Part shown: positions 9,215-19,941 of the stretch, one piece after another
Layout: every line of letters starts with the position of its first letter
Numbering within the stretch: the first letter of the stretch is position 1
DNA from: Nitrospira japonica
GTDB lineage: Bacteria > Nitrospirota > Thermodesulfovibrionia > Thermodesulfovibrionales > SM23-35
DNA length: 43,269 nt
Assembly: GCA_020725385.1 (NCBI GenBank)
Contig: DYFC01000051.1
Span: 1-43,269 of the forward strand
Direction of reading: 5' to 3'
Notes under the pieces: generated by a model
Databases searched by the model: none
Told to the model about the DNA's origin: nothing
Seen by the model: the letters and a program-made list of their open reading frames with translations, nothing else
Made by a program: the position numbers and the translations under genes

Positions 9215-10090
9215 TTATTTATCCTGAGTTAAAAGAGGGTATCCGAGTTCTTCTCTTTGTTTATAATAAGCTTTTGCACATAATCTGGCAAGGTTTCTTA
9301 CGCGTGCAATATATCCTGTTCTTTCAGTAACAGAAATAGCACCCCTTGCATCAAGTAAATTAAAAGTGTGGGAGCACTTTAGACAAAACTCATACGAGGG
9401 AAGAACCAGACCTATTTTGTTTAATCTTATGGATTCTTTTTCATATGCTTCGAATTGTTTCATTAATAGTTCTGTATCAGCATAATCAAAATTGAACTTG
9501 GAAAACTCAACTTCTGCCATATGATGGATTTCATGATATTTTATTCCTTTACACCAAAGAAGATTGAAAACATTGTCAACTTCCTGTAGATACATCGCAA
9601 TTCTCTCAAGCCCGTAAGTTAATTCAAGTGAAACAGGCTTAAGATCAATTCCCCCAACCTGCTGGAAGTATGTAAACTGTGTAATCTCCATTCCATCAAG
9701 CCAGACTTCCCAGCCTAATCCCCACGCTCCGAGAGTAGGAGATTCCCAGTCATCTTCAACAAAACGAATATCATGTTTAAGGGGATCAATACCAAGATAC
9801 GAAAGGCTTTCTATATAAAGTTCCTGGCTGTTTACGGGCGATGGTTTAAGAATTACCTGATATTGATAATAGTGTTGAAGTCTGTTAGGATTTTCGCCAT
9901 ATCTCCCGTCAGTCGGCCTTCTTGAAGGCTCCACATAAGCTACCTTCCATGGTTCCGGTCCTATAACTCTAAAGAAAGTTGCAGGATGAAATGTCCCTGC
10001 GCCTACTTCAATGTCATAGGGTTGAAGAAGAATACATCCTTTTTCAGCCCAGAATTGCTGGAGTTTTAATATCAGGTCCTGAAAATACAC
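9215..10090 (-). CDS. glyQ: Glycine--tRNA ligase alpha subunit
   Basis: [69 protein letters not shown]; GTG start with AGGAGG RBS. Confidence 0.98.
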   Translation of the reverse strand: MYFQDLILKLQQFWAEKGCILLQPYDIEVGAGTFHPATFFRVIGPEPWKVAYVEPSRRPTDGRYGENPNRLQHYYQYQVILKPSPVNSQELYIESLSYLGIDPLKHDIRFVEDDWESPTLGAWGLGWEVWLDGMEITQFTYFQQVGGIDLKPVSLELTYGLERIAMYLQEVDNVFNLLWCKGIKYHEIHHMAEVEFSKFNFDYADTELLMKQFEAYEKESIRLNKIGLVLPSYEFCLKCSHTFNLLDARGAISVTERTGYIARVRNLARLCAKAYYKQREELGYPLLTQDK

Positions 10091-10282
10091 AATTCCTCCT
10101 TAATTTCAATTAATCAACTTTATTGCTGAAAGTGAAATCATAAAAAATACCGTCTGTCTTTGTCAATCTTACCATAAGCACACCCGCTAATCATCATAGA
10201 AATTATTTGAAGTTCATATAACCTCAATTTTAAGGTAAAATAAAATTACCTCGTTTACTTAAACTGTAAGGAGTGGCTTTTT

Positions 10283-11170
10283 ATGAAAACAAAAGTCGCA
10301 TTTGTAAAAACTTCAGACAGACAATATGGTATTAGAAAATCAATTGAATTGCTCGGGATAAATCCTGTAAAGGGACAGGATGTTTTACTAAAGCCTAATT
10401 TTAATACAGCGGATCCATTTCCCGGTTCAACTCACAATGATACTCTTATTAATTTGATACTAAATATAAAGAATATGGGCTCAAAAAGTGTAACAGTTGC
10501 TGACAGAAGCGGTCCTGTTGACACAAAAGAGGTACTGAAAAAGAAGGGAATATATGATATATGCAAAAGATTTGAAGCCGGTTTGATTAATTTCGAGGAA
10601 CTTCCCGAGAAACATTGGATAAGGATTAAACCTTCCAAAAGTCATTGGAATTATGGGTTTGATGTTGCCAAACCTGTACTTGATTCAAAGTGTATTGTTT
10701 GTACATGTTGCTTGAAAACACACGGATATGGTGGCGTATTTACAATGTCTCTTAAATTATCCGTTGGAATAACCCATAAAAAAAATATGTCGGAACTACA
10801 TTCATCTTTTATAAGCATGAGAAAAATGATAGCGGAAATAAATCAGTCTTACAACCCTTCATTGATTGTAATGGATGCGTTAGAGGCCTTTGTCGATGGC
10901 GGACCAATGACAGGGAGCAAGAAGAGAGCGGATGTAATTCTTGCCGGTACAGACAGGATTGCTATAGATGTTACTGGATTGGCAATATTAAAATATCTTG
11001 GAAGTAACAGTAGCATTATGAATAAAAAAATATTTCATCAGGAACAAATTGCAAGAGCGGTTGAACTCGGTCTCGGCATAACAAAGCCTGAAGAAATAGA
11101 ATTTCTAACAGACAGCAACGAAAGTGGCTCTTATTGTAGAGAGATAAGTAAAATATTACTTAAAGGATAA
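10283..11170 (+). CDS. DUF362 domain protein
   Basis: VLLKPNFN, LKTH..FTMSLKLSVG, MDALEAFVDGGP, DRIAID motifs typical of DUF362. Confidence 0.82.
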   Translation: MKTKVAFVKTSDRQYGIRKSIELLGINPVKGQDVLLKPNFNTADPFPGSTHNDTLINLILNIKNMGSKSVTVADRSGPVDTKEVLKKKGIYDICKRFEAGLINFEELPEKHWIRIKPSKSHWNYGFDVAKPVLDSKCIVCTCCLKTHGYGGVFTMSLKLSVGITHKKNMSELHSSFISMRKMIAEINQSYNPSLIVMDALEAFVDGGPMTGSKKRADVILAGTDRIAIDVTGLAILKYLGSNSSIMNKKIFHQEQIARAVELGLGITKPEEIEFLTDSNESGSYCREISKILLKG

Positions 11171-11220
11171 AGAAAGCCTGAAAGGTTGAATAGCTTTTCG
11201 GTTATAAGCAATAATATCAG

Positions 11221-14200
11221 ATGAAATTCTTCAGAAGCATTATACTTTGTTGTATATTTTCTATTACGCTCATCCCTGGTTTGTCCAATTCTGAGGAGAA
11301 TATTCCTTTCAACAGAGTTGTAATTCATAATCTCAAGATAACATTTTATCCTGAAGAAAGAAGATTTTCTGCCGAAGACACAATTATTGTTCCAGAACAC
11401 TTGCTTCCAGAGTTTCAATTTTTCCTTCATAAAGGTCTTAATCCTTACTCGCCTTCATCAGAAATTGTCATCTTAAATAATCAATCAAAGCAGGACATCC
11501 CGCATGAATCATATTCTGTTAAACTTCCGACAGGAGTTAACACATTTGTATTAAGATATGGAGGCACTATACATAATCCTTCCTTATCAGGCAAAAAAAA
11601 GCTATTTAATCTAATTCAAGCCCAGGGCATCATTTCTGAAGCAGGAATATATCTTGCCGGTAGTTCTTTCTGGTACCCAGTTTTTAACGGAGAATTTGTC
11701 AAATTCAACCTTCTTGTTGAACTACCTTCTGAATGGGATGCAATAAGTCAGGGTGAGAGAACATTGCATAAGAAGGATACCAATTCTACTTATGTACGCT
11801 GGGAATCTAACAATCCGCAGGAGGAAATTTTTCTTATCGGTGCACGTTTTATTGAATATTCTCAATCTATCGGAAAAGTTATAGCTATGGTATTTCTACG
11901 GACGCCGGATAAAGGACTGGCGGATCAGTATCTTGATGCAATTGCCCGTTATATTAATATGTATGAATCACTTATCGGTGAATATCCATACAAAAAATTT
12001 GCTATCGTTGAAAATGTCTGGGAATTTGGTTATGGTATGCCTTCCTTTACAGTGCTTGGACCTAAATTTATTAGATTGCCTTTTTCTCTTACTTCTTTTT
12101 CCCTTCACGAGGTGCTCCACACGTGGTGGGGCAATAGCGTATTCCCGGATTATGAACGGGGCAACTGGTCGGAAGGATTAACCGGTTACCTATCAGACCA
12201 CCTTTTAAAGGAACAACAGAATGAAGATTCTGCTTTTAGACTCCGGCTTTTACAGAGATACTCGGAGTATTTGTTGACAGCCAAAGATTCGCCGGTAAGC
12301 GCATTTCAATTAAGAACAGGTTCATTTGCAGAGCCAATAGGATATGGAAAATCTCTAATGTTTTTTCATATGTTACGTCTTCAATTGGGAGATAGAATTT
12401 TTACAGAGGCTATACGGGATTTCTATCAGAAAAATAAGTTCAAGCGTGCCACATTTGCTGACATAATGAAAAGTTTTGAAAACGTATCAAGAAAGAACCT
12501 TAAAAAGGAATTTGAACAATGGATAGTAAGGCCGGGTGCACCGATTTTAAAGTTAGGTGAAGTAAAAATTAGCAGAGAGAGAGAAGGATATATATTATCT
12601 GCTATTATCGAACAGAAACAACATGGAAAATTCAATCTTAATGTGCCGGTGGCTATTACCATGAAAGACAAAGACAAAGCGTATCAAACAACTGTCAGGG
12701 TTGATAAAAAAAAGATGGAGTTTAAAGTATATCTTCCATCCCGCCCGGTACGTCTGGATATTGACCCTGAATTTGATATTTTCAGAAGGCTTGAGAGGGA
12801 TGAAATACCGCCTGTTATATCACAAGTTATTGGGGCAGAGAAAATTGTAGCCATACTTCCTTCTTCATCCGATAAAAATTTATTGAAGGCATACCGCAAA
12901 TTCGCTTCAGATTTAGCTTTATCCGGCTCAAGCGAAATAGATATAAGACTCGATACAGAAATGGATTCATTGCCTCAAGACTGTTCCGTTATTTTATTAG
13001 GGCTCGAGAATAAATTTGTATCAAAGGTATTCAATTCGTTGTCAAAATATAAAGTCGTTTTGAACCATAGACTGGTAAAAATAGGCAGAACCGAAATTAT
13101 GCTCGAAAATAACTCGATTGTTCTTACCTCAAGAAATCCGGACAATGAAGCCTTTAATATTCTGTTTGTATTTTCTAATGCGCCTGAGAATCTTCTTGAA
13201 CTTGGTAGAAATTTGTCACGTTTTTCCGGTTTCAGTTATGCAGGGTTCGACGGCAAGAATTCAATCAATATTATTAAAGGAAGATGGAATCTTATAAATT
13301 CGCCTTTGACCGTATTTATTCCAGATGAAAAAGGGGACATTATAAGTGCAGAGATTGGAGAACTCTTACCAAGAAAGCCGCTTATAACGCCACAGAATAT
13401 TTTCTCAGAAGAAGCAATGATGCAATCGATACGATTTTTATCTTCAGAAGAACTTAAAGGCCGGGGGTTAGGGACAGAGGAACTTGATAAAGCTGCTCAA
13501 TATATTGCAGAAAAATTCCGGGAAGCAGGGTTAAAACCCGGGGGAGATAAAGGGAAAAGTTACTTTCAAACATTCGAAGACTGGTTCCGCGGTGAAAAGA
13601 CATCCGAACTTATTCTGAAAAATGTAGTTGGAATTATCCCCGGGAAAAAACCAGAATGGTCGGAGCAAAGTATTGTAATTGGCGCTCATTATGACCACCT
13701 GGGTACTGAATGTGTTGAATCTTATGAAGATGGGGACAACGCTTATTGCCCCGGTGCAAATGACAATGCAAGCGGAGTAGCTGTCCTGATTGAACTTGCA
13801 AGGGTACTGAATAAAAGCCTTAATCCGGATCGGACAATAATTTTTGTTGCTTTTACAAATGAGGAAAAAGGCAAGAGTGGTTCCCGTTACTTTGTCAATA
13901 ACATGAAAGAATATCCGGCAGATAAATGTATAGGTATGATAAATATTGATACTGTTGGACAAATTAAGAAGAATAGAATTTTTATTTTAAATTCTGTTTC
14001 AGCAAAAGAATGGCAATATATATTCAGAAGTTCAAGCTCGAATACGGGACTCGATATAGATTTTGTGACAGAAGAATTAGATGTGAGCGATCAGATTGCT
14101 TTCCATAGTGTAGGAATTCCTGCTGTTCAACTTTTTTCAGGTCCGCACCCTGATTATCATCAGCCTACAGATACCGCAGACAAAATAAATTCATCCGGAC

Positions 14201-14295
14201 TTGTCAAAACTGCACTTTTACTTAAGCTTGCTATTGAAAAACTTTCAAATCAGGAAGAACTGTTAAGCCCTGCAATTCGATTTGAAAATAAATAA
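11221..14295 (+). CDS. Exported double metallopeptidase: M1 aminopeptidase-like domain fused to M28 peptidase domain
   Basis: Signal peptide; GYGMPS and HEVLH-x-WWGN..WSEG (M1 zinc motif); C-terminal GAHYDHLG, GANDNASG, NEEKG, NIDTVG, SDQ, DYHQPTD (M28). Confidence 0.85.
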   Translation: MKFFRSIILCCIFSITLIPGLSNSEENIPFNRVVIHNLKITFYPEERRFSAEDTIIVPEHLLPEFQFFLHKGLNPYSPSSEIVILNNQSKQDIPHESYSVKLPTGVNTFVLRYGGTIHNPSLSGKKKLFNLIQAQGIISEAGIYLAGSSFWYPVFNGEFVKFNLLVELPSEWDAISQGERTLHKKDTNSTYVRWESNNPQEEIFLIGARFIEYSQSIGKVIAMVFLRTPDKGLADQYLDAIARYINMYESLIGEYPYKKFAIVENVWEFGYGMPSFTVLGPKFIRLPFSLTSFSLHEVLHTWWGNSVFPDYERGNWSEGLTGYLSDHLLKEQQNEDSAFRLRLLQRYSEYLLTAKDSPVSAFQLRTGSFAEPIGYGKSLMFFHMLRLQLGDRIFTEAIRDFYQKNKFKRATFADIMKSFENVSRKNLKKEFEQWIVRPGAPILKLGEVKISREREGYILSAIIEQKQHGKFNLNVPVAITMKDKDKAYQTTVRVDKKKMEFKVYLPSRPVRLDIDPEFDIFRRLERDEIPPVISQVIGAEKIVAILPSSSDKNLLKAYRKFASDLALSGSSEIDIRLDTEMDSLPQDCSVILLGLENKFVSKVFNSLSKYKVVLNHRLVKIGRTEIMLENNSIVLTSRNPDNEAFNILFVFSNAPENLLELGRNLSRFSGFSYAGFDGKNSINIIKGRWNLINSPLTVFIPDEKGDIISAEIGELLPRKPLITPQNIFSEEAMMQSIRFLSSEELKGRGLGTEELDKAAQYIAEKFREAGLKPGGDKGKSYFQTFEDWFRGEKTSELILKNVVGIIPGKKPEWSEQSIVIGAHYDHLGTECVESYEDGDNAYCPGANDNASGVAVLIELARVLNKSLNPDRTIIFVAFTNEEKGKSGSRYFVNNMKEYPADKCIGMINIDTVGQIKKNRIFILNSVSAKEWQYIFRSSSSNTGLDIDFVTEELDVSDQIAFHSVGIPAVQLFSGPHPDYHQPTDTADKINSSGLVKTALLLKLAIEKLSNQEELLSPAIRFENK

Positions 14296-14315
14296 TTATG
14301 TTGTAAAATATCTAT

Positions 14316-14861
14316 ATGAAAACACTTTTCAAAAGCAGCTTTTTAATTTTAATATTTTTCCTGCTGGCATCCTGTGCCCCGGTTTTAAGACAGGAAATTA
14401 TGGACTCCGCGCTTAAAAATATCCCGCCTTCCGAAATCAAACAAAATCCTGAATTATACTCAGGGAAGCTGATTGTTATAGGTGGAATAATTGCAGATAC
14501 AAAAATGACACCCGATGGCTCTCTAATAGAAGCAATGTATATTCCTGTCGATAATAGAGGTTATTTAGTAGGAATAGATACGCCTCATCAAAGGTATCTT
14601 GCACTTTTCCCGAAAGAAAGCGGAATTCTCGATCCTTTAATTTTTAAACGCGGGAGGGAAATCACTTTTGCCGGCGAGTTTATCAAACTAAAAGAAGGAA
14701 AGATAGATGATTTAGAATACACCTATCCTTATTTTAAGATTATCGAACTTTATCTCTGGCCGGAACAAAGAGATTATATAATTTACTACGAACCTTACCC
14801 TTACTGGTGGGATTACCCTCGCTGGTGGTATAGACCCTATTATTTTCCCCGTCGCCGCTAA
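14316..14861 (+). CDS. Slp family outer-membrane lipoprotein
   Basis: Lipobox LLASC; GGII, LDP..FKRGREITFAG, YTYP..LYLWP and Tyr/Trp/Pro-rich tail. Confidence 0.85.
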   Translation: MKTLFKSSFLILIFFLLASCAPVLRQEIMDSALKNIPPSEIKQNPELYSGKLIVIGGIIADTKMTPDGSLIEAMYIPVDNRGYLVGIDTPHQRYLALFPKESGILDPLIFKRGREITFAGEFIKLKEGKIDDLEYTYPYFKIIELYLWPEQRDYIIYYEPYPYWWDYPRWWYRPYYFPRRR

Positions 14862-14938
14862 TAACCTTTTAAATATATCTGAATGAAGAAAATAAAAAAT
14901 AAATTCTCTGTATTTTTACAAGCATATTTGTGTTTTTA

Positions 14939-15541
14939 TCAAAAATTTACTGGCTCTTTTTTTCTTAAGAATCTATTTAATTCTTCTTTGAATTCTTTTG
15001 GCCTGTCAAGATAGCATGCATGACCTGCATCTTTAATAATGTATATTTCTGATTGTTTAACTTTCTCAGAAATTATCTTTGCATTATCTGGAGATGAAAT
15101 ATTATCTTTATCACCCCATATTGCCAATAAAGGAACATTAATCTTTTCCAATAAGGGTATCAGATTTTTTATATTCGCAGGTCCGGCAACAATGGCTGCT
15201 TTTGCAGGATAACCCTTTGCAATGTATCTCAATGTAACCTCGCCACTTATCGATGCCCCGATTATATAAGGAGTATCTATTTCTAACTTTTGAAGTAGTT
15301 TCATAAGAAACTCCGCGTATTCATCCCTATTGGCAGCATCAAACTTATCCGATATGCTCTTCATTCCATAAGGCATATCAAAAGAATAAACACTGTAATT
15401 ACTCGCAAGTTCATCAAATAGACCGATCTCTACCCATGTCTCTGCATGAAAGCTGAAACCATGAAGCAAAACAAAAGGAAATCCTTCACCTTTGTGAAGG
15501 TATCTAATTTTAAGCCTGTCTATCTCGGTCCAATGTTCCAT
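14939..15541 (-). CDS. Cap-less alpha/beta hydrolase (ABHD14B-like)
   Basis: 200 aa; LLHGFSF..TW, GASISG nucleophile elbow, [15 protein letters not shown] (Ser-Asp-His triad). Confidence 0.85.
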   Translation of the reverse strand: MEHWTEIDRLKIRYLHKGEGFPFVLLHGFSFHAETWVEIGLFDELASNYSVYSFDMPYGMKSISDKFDAANRDEYAEFLMKLLQKLEIDTPYIIGASISGEVTLRYIAKGYPAKAAIVAGPANIKNLIPLLEKINVPLLAIWGDKDNISSPDNAKIISEKVKQSEIYIIKDAGHACYLDRPKEFKEELNRFLRKKEPVNF

Positions 15542-15573
15542 GATTGAAGTGATTAAATTTTAAAATATCTGAA

Positions 15574-15651
<78 letters not shown>

Positions 15652-15670
15652 AAAAATGAATTTTAACATA

Positions 15671-16510
15671 TCAATAAATCAAAATGTAATCTACATCCCC
15701 GGATTTGATTGCGTCCGGGTCAATATATTTTTCTATATAAGGTAAAATTACCCTGTAGTTTATTTTATCGTTAAAATGTTTCAATTGTGCTGGAATACCT
15801 CTTTTCCAGGCATGTCCGTTGCCGGCAAGAACAACCATTTTTTTGTCAGGATATTTTTTTAAAAACTCAATGATATTATATGCCATTGATTGATCCCATA
15901 AAAGCTGGGCTTCGCAGAAAAATTGAAAATTTTTTCCTCCGTGTCCGTGCATTGCATATGCTCTTCTGATGAATTGCATATATTCTTCATTCACAATACA
16001 TGCGATCTCAGGAGGAAGTCTTTTCAATTCTTCTTTTGTAAGCGAAGCAAAACCGGTTGTTGCGACTTTCTTGGTTATATCGGCAGGGACATTGAGACCT
16101 ATGGCAGGCAATCTTTTGTCCCTTATAAAAATAAAAATATCATCGTAAATATTCCATGGAAAATTCCAGTTTTTATAATATACAGGAATGAACTGGTCAG
16201 TATTTATACTTCCTGAACTCCACAAATCGAGCTCTTGCTGGCTTTCGTAATTAAACATCTCAAGACCGATAGCTACCGGTAATTTTTCAGCAACGAGGGC
16301 TTTGATAATGTTAAGCTGCATTTTATGGTGATGTTCTTTATCATGTACCTCTCCAACAAAAACAACATCTACTTTTTTTAAGTCTTCAAGCATTTCCTTG
16401 AAAGTAATATATTTGCTATCAGCTGTGCGGAAGACCTGACCTTGTTCTGCACGTGCAAATGAGTAAAAATTTATCAGACATATTATTGTGAAAAAGAGTA
16501 TTTTTTTCAT
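15671..16510 (-). CDS. ChaN/EreA-like (haem-binding uptake, TIKI superfamily) exported protein
   Basis: [35 protein letters not shown] motifs; Sec signal ending ARA. Confidence 0.82.
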   Translation of the reverse strand: MKKILFFTIICLINFYSFARAEQGQVFRTADSKYITFKEMLEDLKKVDVVFVGEVHDKEHHHKMQLNIIKALVAEKLPVAIGLEMFNYESQQELDLWSSGSINTDQFIPVYYKNWNFPWNIYDDIFIFIRDKRLPAIGLNVPADITKKVATTGFASLTKEELKRLPPEIACIVNEEYMQFIRRAYAMHGHGGKNFQFFCEAQLLWDQSMAYNIIEFLKKYPDKKMVVLAGNGHAWKRGIPAQLKHFNDKINYRVILPYIEKYIDPDAIKSGDVDYILIY

Positions 16511-17103
16511 TGTTTTTCTATAATCCTTATTTTCATCTCAATTCTTTCATCAGGATTATCTCTTCTATCTCTTGGCTGATTTACTATTTTTTCGGCTACT
16601 TCCATGCCAGATACTACTTCTCCAAATACAGTATATTTTCTGTCAAGAGATGGCGCATCTGCAACACATATGAAGAATTGCGAACCTGCTGAATCTGGAT
16701 GCTGTGCTCTTGCCATTGATAAAGTTCCCTTTTTATGGGGTTTATCATTAAATTCTGCTTTTATAGTATAGCCAGGCCCACCTATTCCATGTGTTGATTT
16801 ATCAGGGTTTTTAGAGTTTGGATCGCCTCCCTGTATCATAAACCCGGGAATTACTCTATGAAAAGTTGTGCCATCATAAAATCCTTTTTTTGCGAGTTCA
16901 ATAAAATTGTTGACATGGTTTGGGGCGACTTCGGGAAAGAATTTAAGTTCGATATTGCCAAACTTGGTCTCGATTACTGCGGTTGTTTGACCCATTTTTC
17001 TTATCTCCTCTTCTGTAAATTTTTTGAATTTTAATTCCGCAAACACATTTGAACTTATTAAAATTGAAAAAAACATAATAGATAATATAAGTTTAAATTT
17101 CAT
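16507..17103 (-). CDS. Cyclophilin-type peptidyl-prolyl cis-trans isomerase, exported
   Basis: FYDGTTFHRVIPGFMIQGGDP, LSMAR..SAGSQFFI, YTVFGEV; signal peptide; GAGGAGG RBS. Confidence 0.95.
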   Translation of the reverse strand: MKFKLILSIMFFSILISSNVFAELKFKKFTEEEIRKMGQTTAVIETKFGNIELKFFPEVAPNHVNNFIELAKKGFYDGTTFHRVIPGFMIQGGDPNSKNPDKSTHGIGGPGYTIKAEFNDKPHKKGTLSMARAQHPDSAGSQFFICVADAPSLDRKYTVFGEVVSGMEVAEKIVNQPRDRRDNPDERIEMKIRIIEKQ

Positions 17104-17319
17104 AAAACCTCCTCAAAAGTCTCTTTTTAATATTTTAAACTAAACGACACAGACATTGCTTAAAAAGTATTATCCCGTGATTTTGTTTCACAAGCCGGCA
17201 TAGCTTATATTATCGTGAAATATTCCGCAACATCTGTATTATCTATGAACTCTTTTTTGGATAAAGTAAAATATATTTATAAAAATATGTTATATTAAAC
17301 ATTAAAAGGATATATATAA

Positions 17320-18027
17320 ATGGGAATTGATTTTAACGTTGCAGTAACAGAGCTTGGAAAGCTATTCCTTGCTGCTATTCTTGGTGGAGCTATCGGGTTT
17401 GAGAGAGAATCTCACGGACAGGCTGCCGGAATACGTACCAATATCCTTGTAGCCTTAGGCGCATGTCTGATGATGTTGCTTTCACTCAACATGGAAACAT
17501 TATTTAAACATCTGAACACTGATTCAGTTGTTCGTCTTGACCCGGGAAGAATTGCTTCATACGCAATAGCAAGTATGGGTTTTCTTGGTGCAGGCGCTAT
17601 AATTAAAGGAAGGGGAACTGTAAGGGGACTAACCACCGCTGCAGGTCTCTGGCTTGTAACAGGTATCGGTCTGGCAATTGGTGCTGGTTATATTTTCCCT
17701 GCTATTGCAGGGACATTTTTAAGCCTTGTTATTCTATATAACATTCGTCATTTAAAACCTTTTATTGCAAGAGATACATATACAATCTTGATTTTACGTT
17801 TTGAGGGAAGCAATTGTCTTATAGATAGAATAAGAGATATTCTTTCGGAATTTTCTGATGTTTCTATTATGAATATAAGTCTTAGACAATCCTTCTCTCC
17901 TGCAACAATAAGTTATCACATAAGGCTTGTGGGAAAAGAGATTAATTATTGTAGTGAAATGATTGATAGGCTTTCAAAAATTCCAGGAATTATAGAACTA
18001 AGCTGGGAAGAAGGGAATGTTCCCTAA
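17320..18027 (+). CDS. MgtC/SapB family membrane protein
   Basis: IGFERE..AGIRT, DPGRIA..MGFLGAGAI, VRGLTTAAGLW; soluble C-terminal ACT-like domain. Confidence 0.92.
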   Translation: MGIDFNVAVTELGKLFLAAILGGAIGFERESHGQAAGIRTNILVALGACLMMLLSLNMETLFKHLNTDSVVRLDPGRIASYAIASMGFLGAGAIIKGRGTVRGLTTAAGLWLVTGIGLAIGAGYIFPAIAGTFLSLVILYNIRHLKPFIARDTYTILILRFEGSNCLIDRIRDILSEFSDVSIMNISLRQSFSPATISYHIRLVGKEINYCSEMIDRLSKIPGIIELSWEEGNVP

Positions 18028-18032
18028 GGTAT

Positions 18033-18896
18033 TCAAGTTCTATAATTTTTAATATATTCTTTTACTTTTTGCCTGTAGAATTTGCGTAGATTTTTTGATA
18101 TTTCTCCTGCAGGATATTTGTTACCATCAAGTTCTGAAACAGGCATGACTTCCATTGTCGTATTTGTTACAAAGATCTCGTTTGCTGAATAAATATCGGT
18201 TTTAGTGAATTTGCCTTCTTTTACTCTTATACCCTGTTTTTTTGCAATATCAATTACTATTCCTCTTGTAATTCCATCGAGTATCCCGCAATCAACAGAT
18301 GGAGTAAAAAGGACATTGTCCTTATAAAAAAAGACATTGCATATAGTCCCTTCTGTTAATTTTCCATAAACATTTAACATAATAGCTTCATTGGCATTTT
18401 TTTCTTTAGCTTCCAATTTTGCAAGAATATTATTTAGAAAATTGAGAGACTTAATCCGGGGATTTATTGCTTCTTTAAAGTTTCTTCTTGTCTTTGCGAT
18501 TATAACTTTTAATCCCTTTTGATATAACGATTTTGGATAATCTTTTTGCTCTTTGGCGATTATAACAATCGAAGGCTTCTGACAAAAATCAGGATCAAGC
18601 CCTAAAGAACCACATCCCCTTGAGATTGTAAGACGTATGTAAGCATTTTCAAGATTATTGGCCTGAATAGTTTTGTATATAGAAGATTTTAGCTTCTCTG
18701 AATTGTAAGGTATTTTTAATCCTATCAAAGATGCCGAACGAAAAAGTCTTTTAATGTGCTCATCAATCATAAATACAATTCCATTATAAGCCCGCATTGT
18801 CTCATAAATTCCGTCACCATATAAAAATCCATGATCGAACACAGATACAACAGCATCTTCTGCCGGAACTATTCTGTCATTTAAATAAACGTACAT
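18033..18896 (-). CDS. Aminotransferase class IV (IlvE/PabC/Dat family)
   Basis: DHGFLYGDGIYET, HIKRL, IKSLNF (PLP Lys), EGTICNVF, ILDGITR; specificity not resolvable by eye. Confidence 0.9.
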   Translation of the reverse strand: MYVYLNDRIVPAEDAVVSVFDHGFLYGDGIYETMRAYNGIVFMIDEHIKRLFRSASLIGLKIPYNSEKLKSSIYKTIQANNLENAYIRLTISRGCGSLGLDPDFCQKPSIVIIAKEQKDYPKSLYQKGLKVIIAKTRRNFKEAINPRIKSLNFLNNILAKLEAKEKNANEAIMLNVYGKLTEGTICNVFFYKDNVLFTPSVDCGILDGITRGIVIDIAKKQGIRVKEGKFTKTDIYSANEIFVTNTTMEVMPVSELDGNKYPAGEISKNLRKFYRQKVKEYIKNYRT

Positions 18897-18931
18897 AATT
18901 TTAATTATATACTAATATTTCTGTATAATGT

Positions 18932-19735
18932 CTATCTTTTGAATGTCCATTTTTCAGAAAGATATTTATGATTCTCAATTTCGATGGCGAAAGATATTTC
19001 TTCCTGAGTTGGTTGAGAATCGATAAATTTTATGTTGAATGTTTGTTCAAAAGATAATCTGATTATTTTTTTGAATTCTTCAATCTTAAATTCAGGCATT
19101 ATATATTTAAGAGCGATATAATTAAAATCATTTTGGTGCTCATTTAATTTGAAAATCTTTTGTGTTAGCATATTATCAATAGATAAGGGTATCGAACCCT
19201 GCTGTAATAGAGAGTCTATCCATCTTTTTTGTGCAGAACCAATAATTTTTTTATTATTTACAGAAAGTTCTGCATATGAGAGGGATTCAAAGCATAAAGG
19301 GCTTTTCTTTTCTTTCCGGGTACTTAGATTTTCCTTATCATTTAATGACTTCATTTCTATGTTTAGACCGAATTTTTCAAAAGCTTTTTTAAAGGCATAA
19401 CTTATTTTCTTGTAACTGTCCATTAATCCTGTTTTAAAAATACCAGAGGAAGTTATTGAAGAAAAACTGTACGTTATTTCATCAAAATGCAGGAGTGCGC
19501 GTCCTCCTGTAGGTCTTCTAACCAAAGGAATTCCACGTTCAGCACAAAATATAAAATCAATATCTCCTGCCTTCTGAAAGCATCCGATACTTACCGAAGG
19601 CATATCCCATGAGTAGATTCTTAATACAGGTGGTGATTTCCCCTCTTTTACACTAAGTGCAAGAGATTCATCCAGTGCCATGTTGTAGGATGCTCTGCAT
19701 TGACCTGAATCAATAAAACGCCATGTAGTATTCAT
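18932..19735 (-). CDS. Lipoate-protein ligase A family / LipM-like octanoyltransferase
   Basis: NMALDE, VRRPTGGRALLH, SPLCF, KKIIGSAQ, LQQGSI; no LplA C-terminal domain. Confidence 0.88.
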   Translation of the reverse strand: MNTTWRFIDSGQCRASYNMALDESLALSVKEGKSPPVLRIYSWDMPSVSIGCFQKAGDIDFIFCAERGIPLVRRPTGGRALLHFDEITYSFSSITSSGIFKTGLMDSYKKISYAFKKAFEKFGLNIEMKSLNDKENLSTRKEKKSPLCFESLSYAELSVNNKKIIGSAQKRWIDSLLQQGSIPLSIDNMLTQKIFKLNEHQNDFNYIALKYIMPEFKIEEFKKIIRLSFEQTFNIKFIDSQPTQEEISFAIEIENHKYLSEKWTFKR

Positions 19736-19941
19736 AGAATATTCTACAATAAATACAATTTGTCAGTATGGTTTATATTAAAATTGAGAATGCTTTTCAT
19801 TCAATTCTCTAACCCTGTTATTTTTATATATTTACCATGTGTTATAATTATTTTATGCTTATTTGATACTTTAAGATTGATCAAAAAATGCAAATGAAAT
19901 AACGCAATATAATTAATGTAGTGAAATTTACGGAGGAATAA

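Noticed and set aside
10091-10282. T-box or glycine riboswitch upstream of glyQ
   Set aside because: Spacer is under 200 bp and shared with a divergent gene; no T-box consensus or terminator/antiterminator seen.
17176-17192. CRP/FNR-like site CGTGA-N7-TCACA between cyclophilin and mgtC
   Set aside because: Spacer is 7 rather than 6 nt and such matches arise easily in AT-rich DNA.
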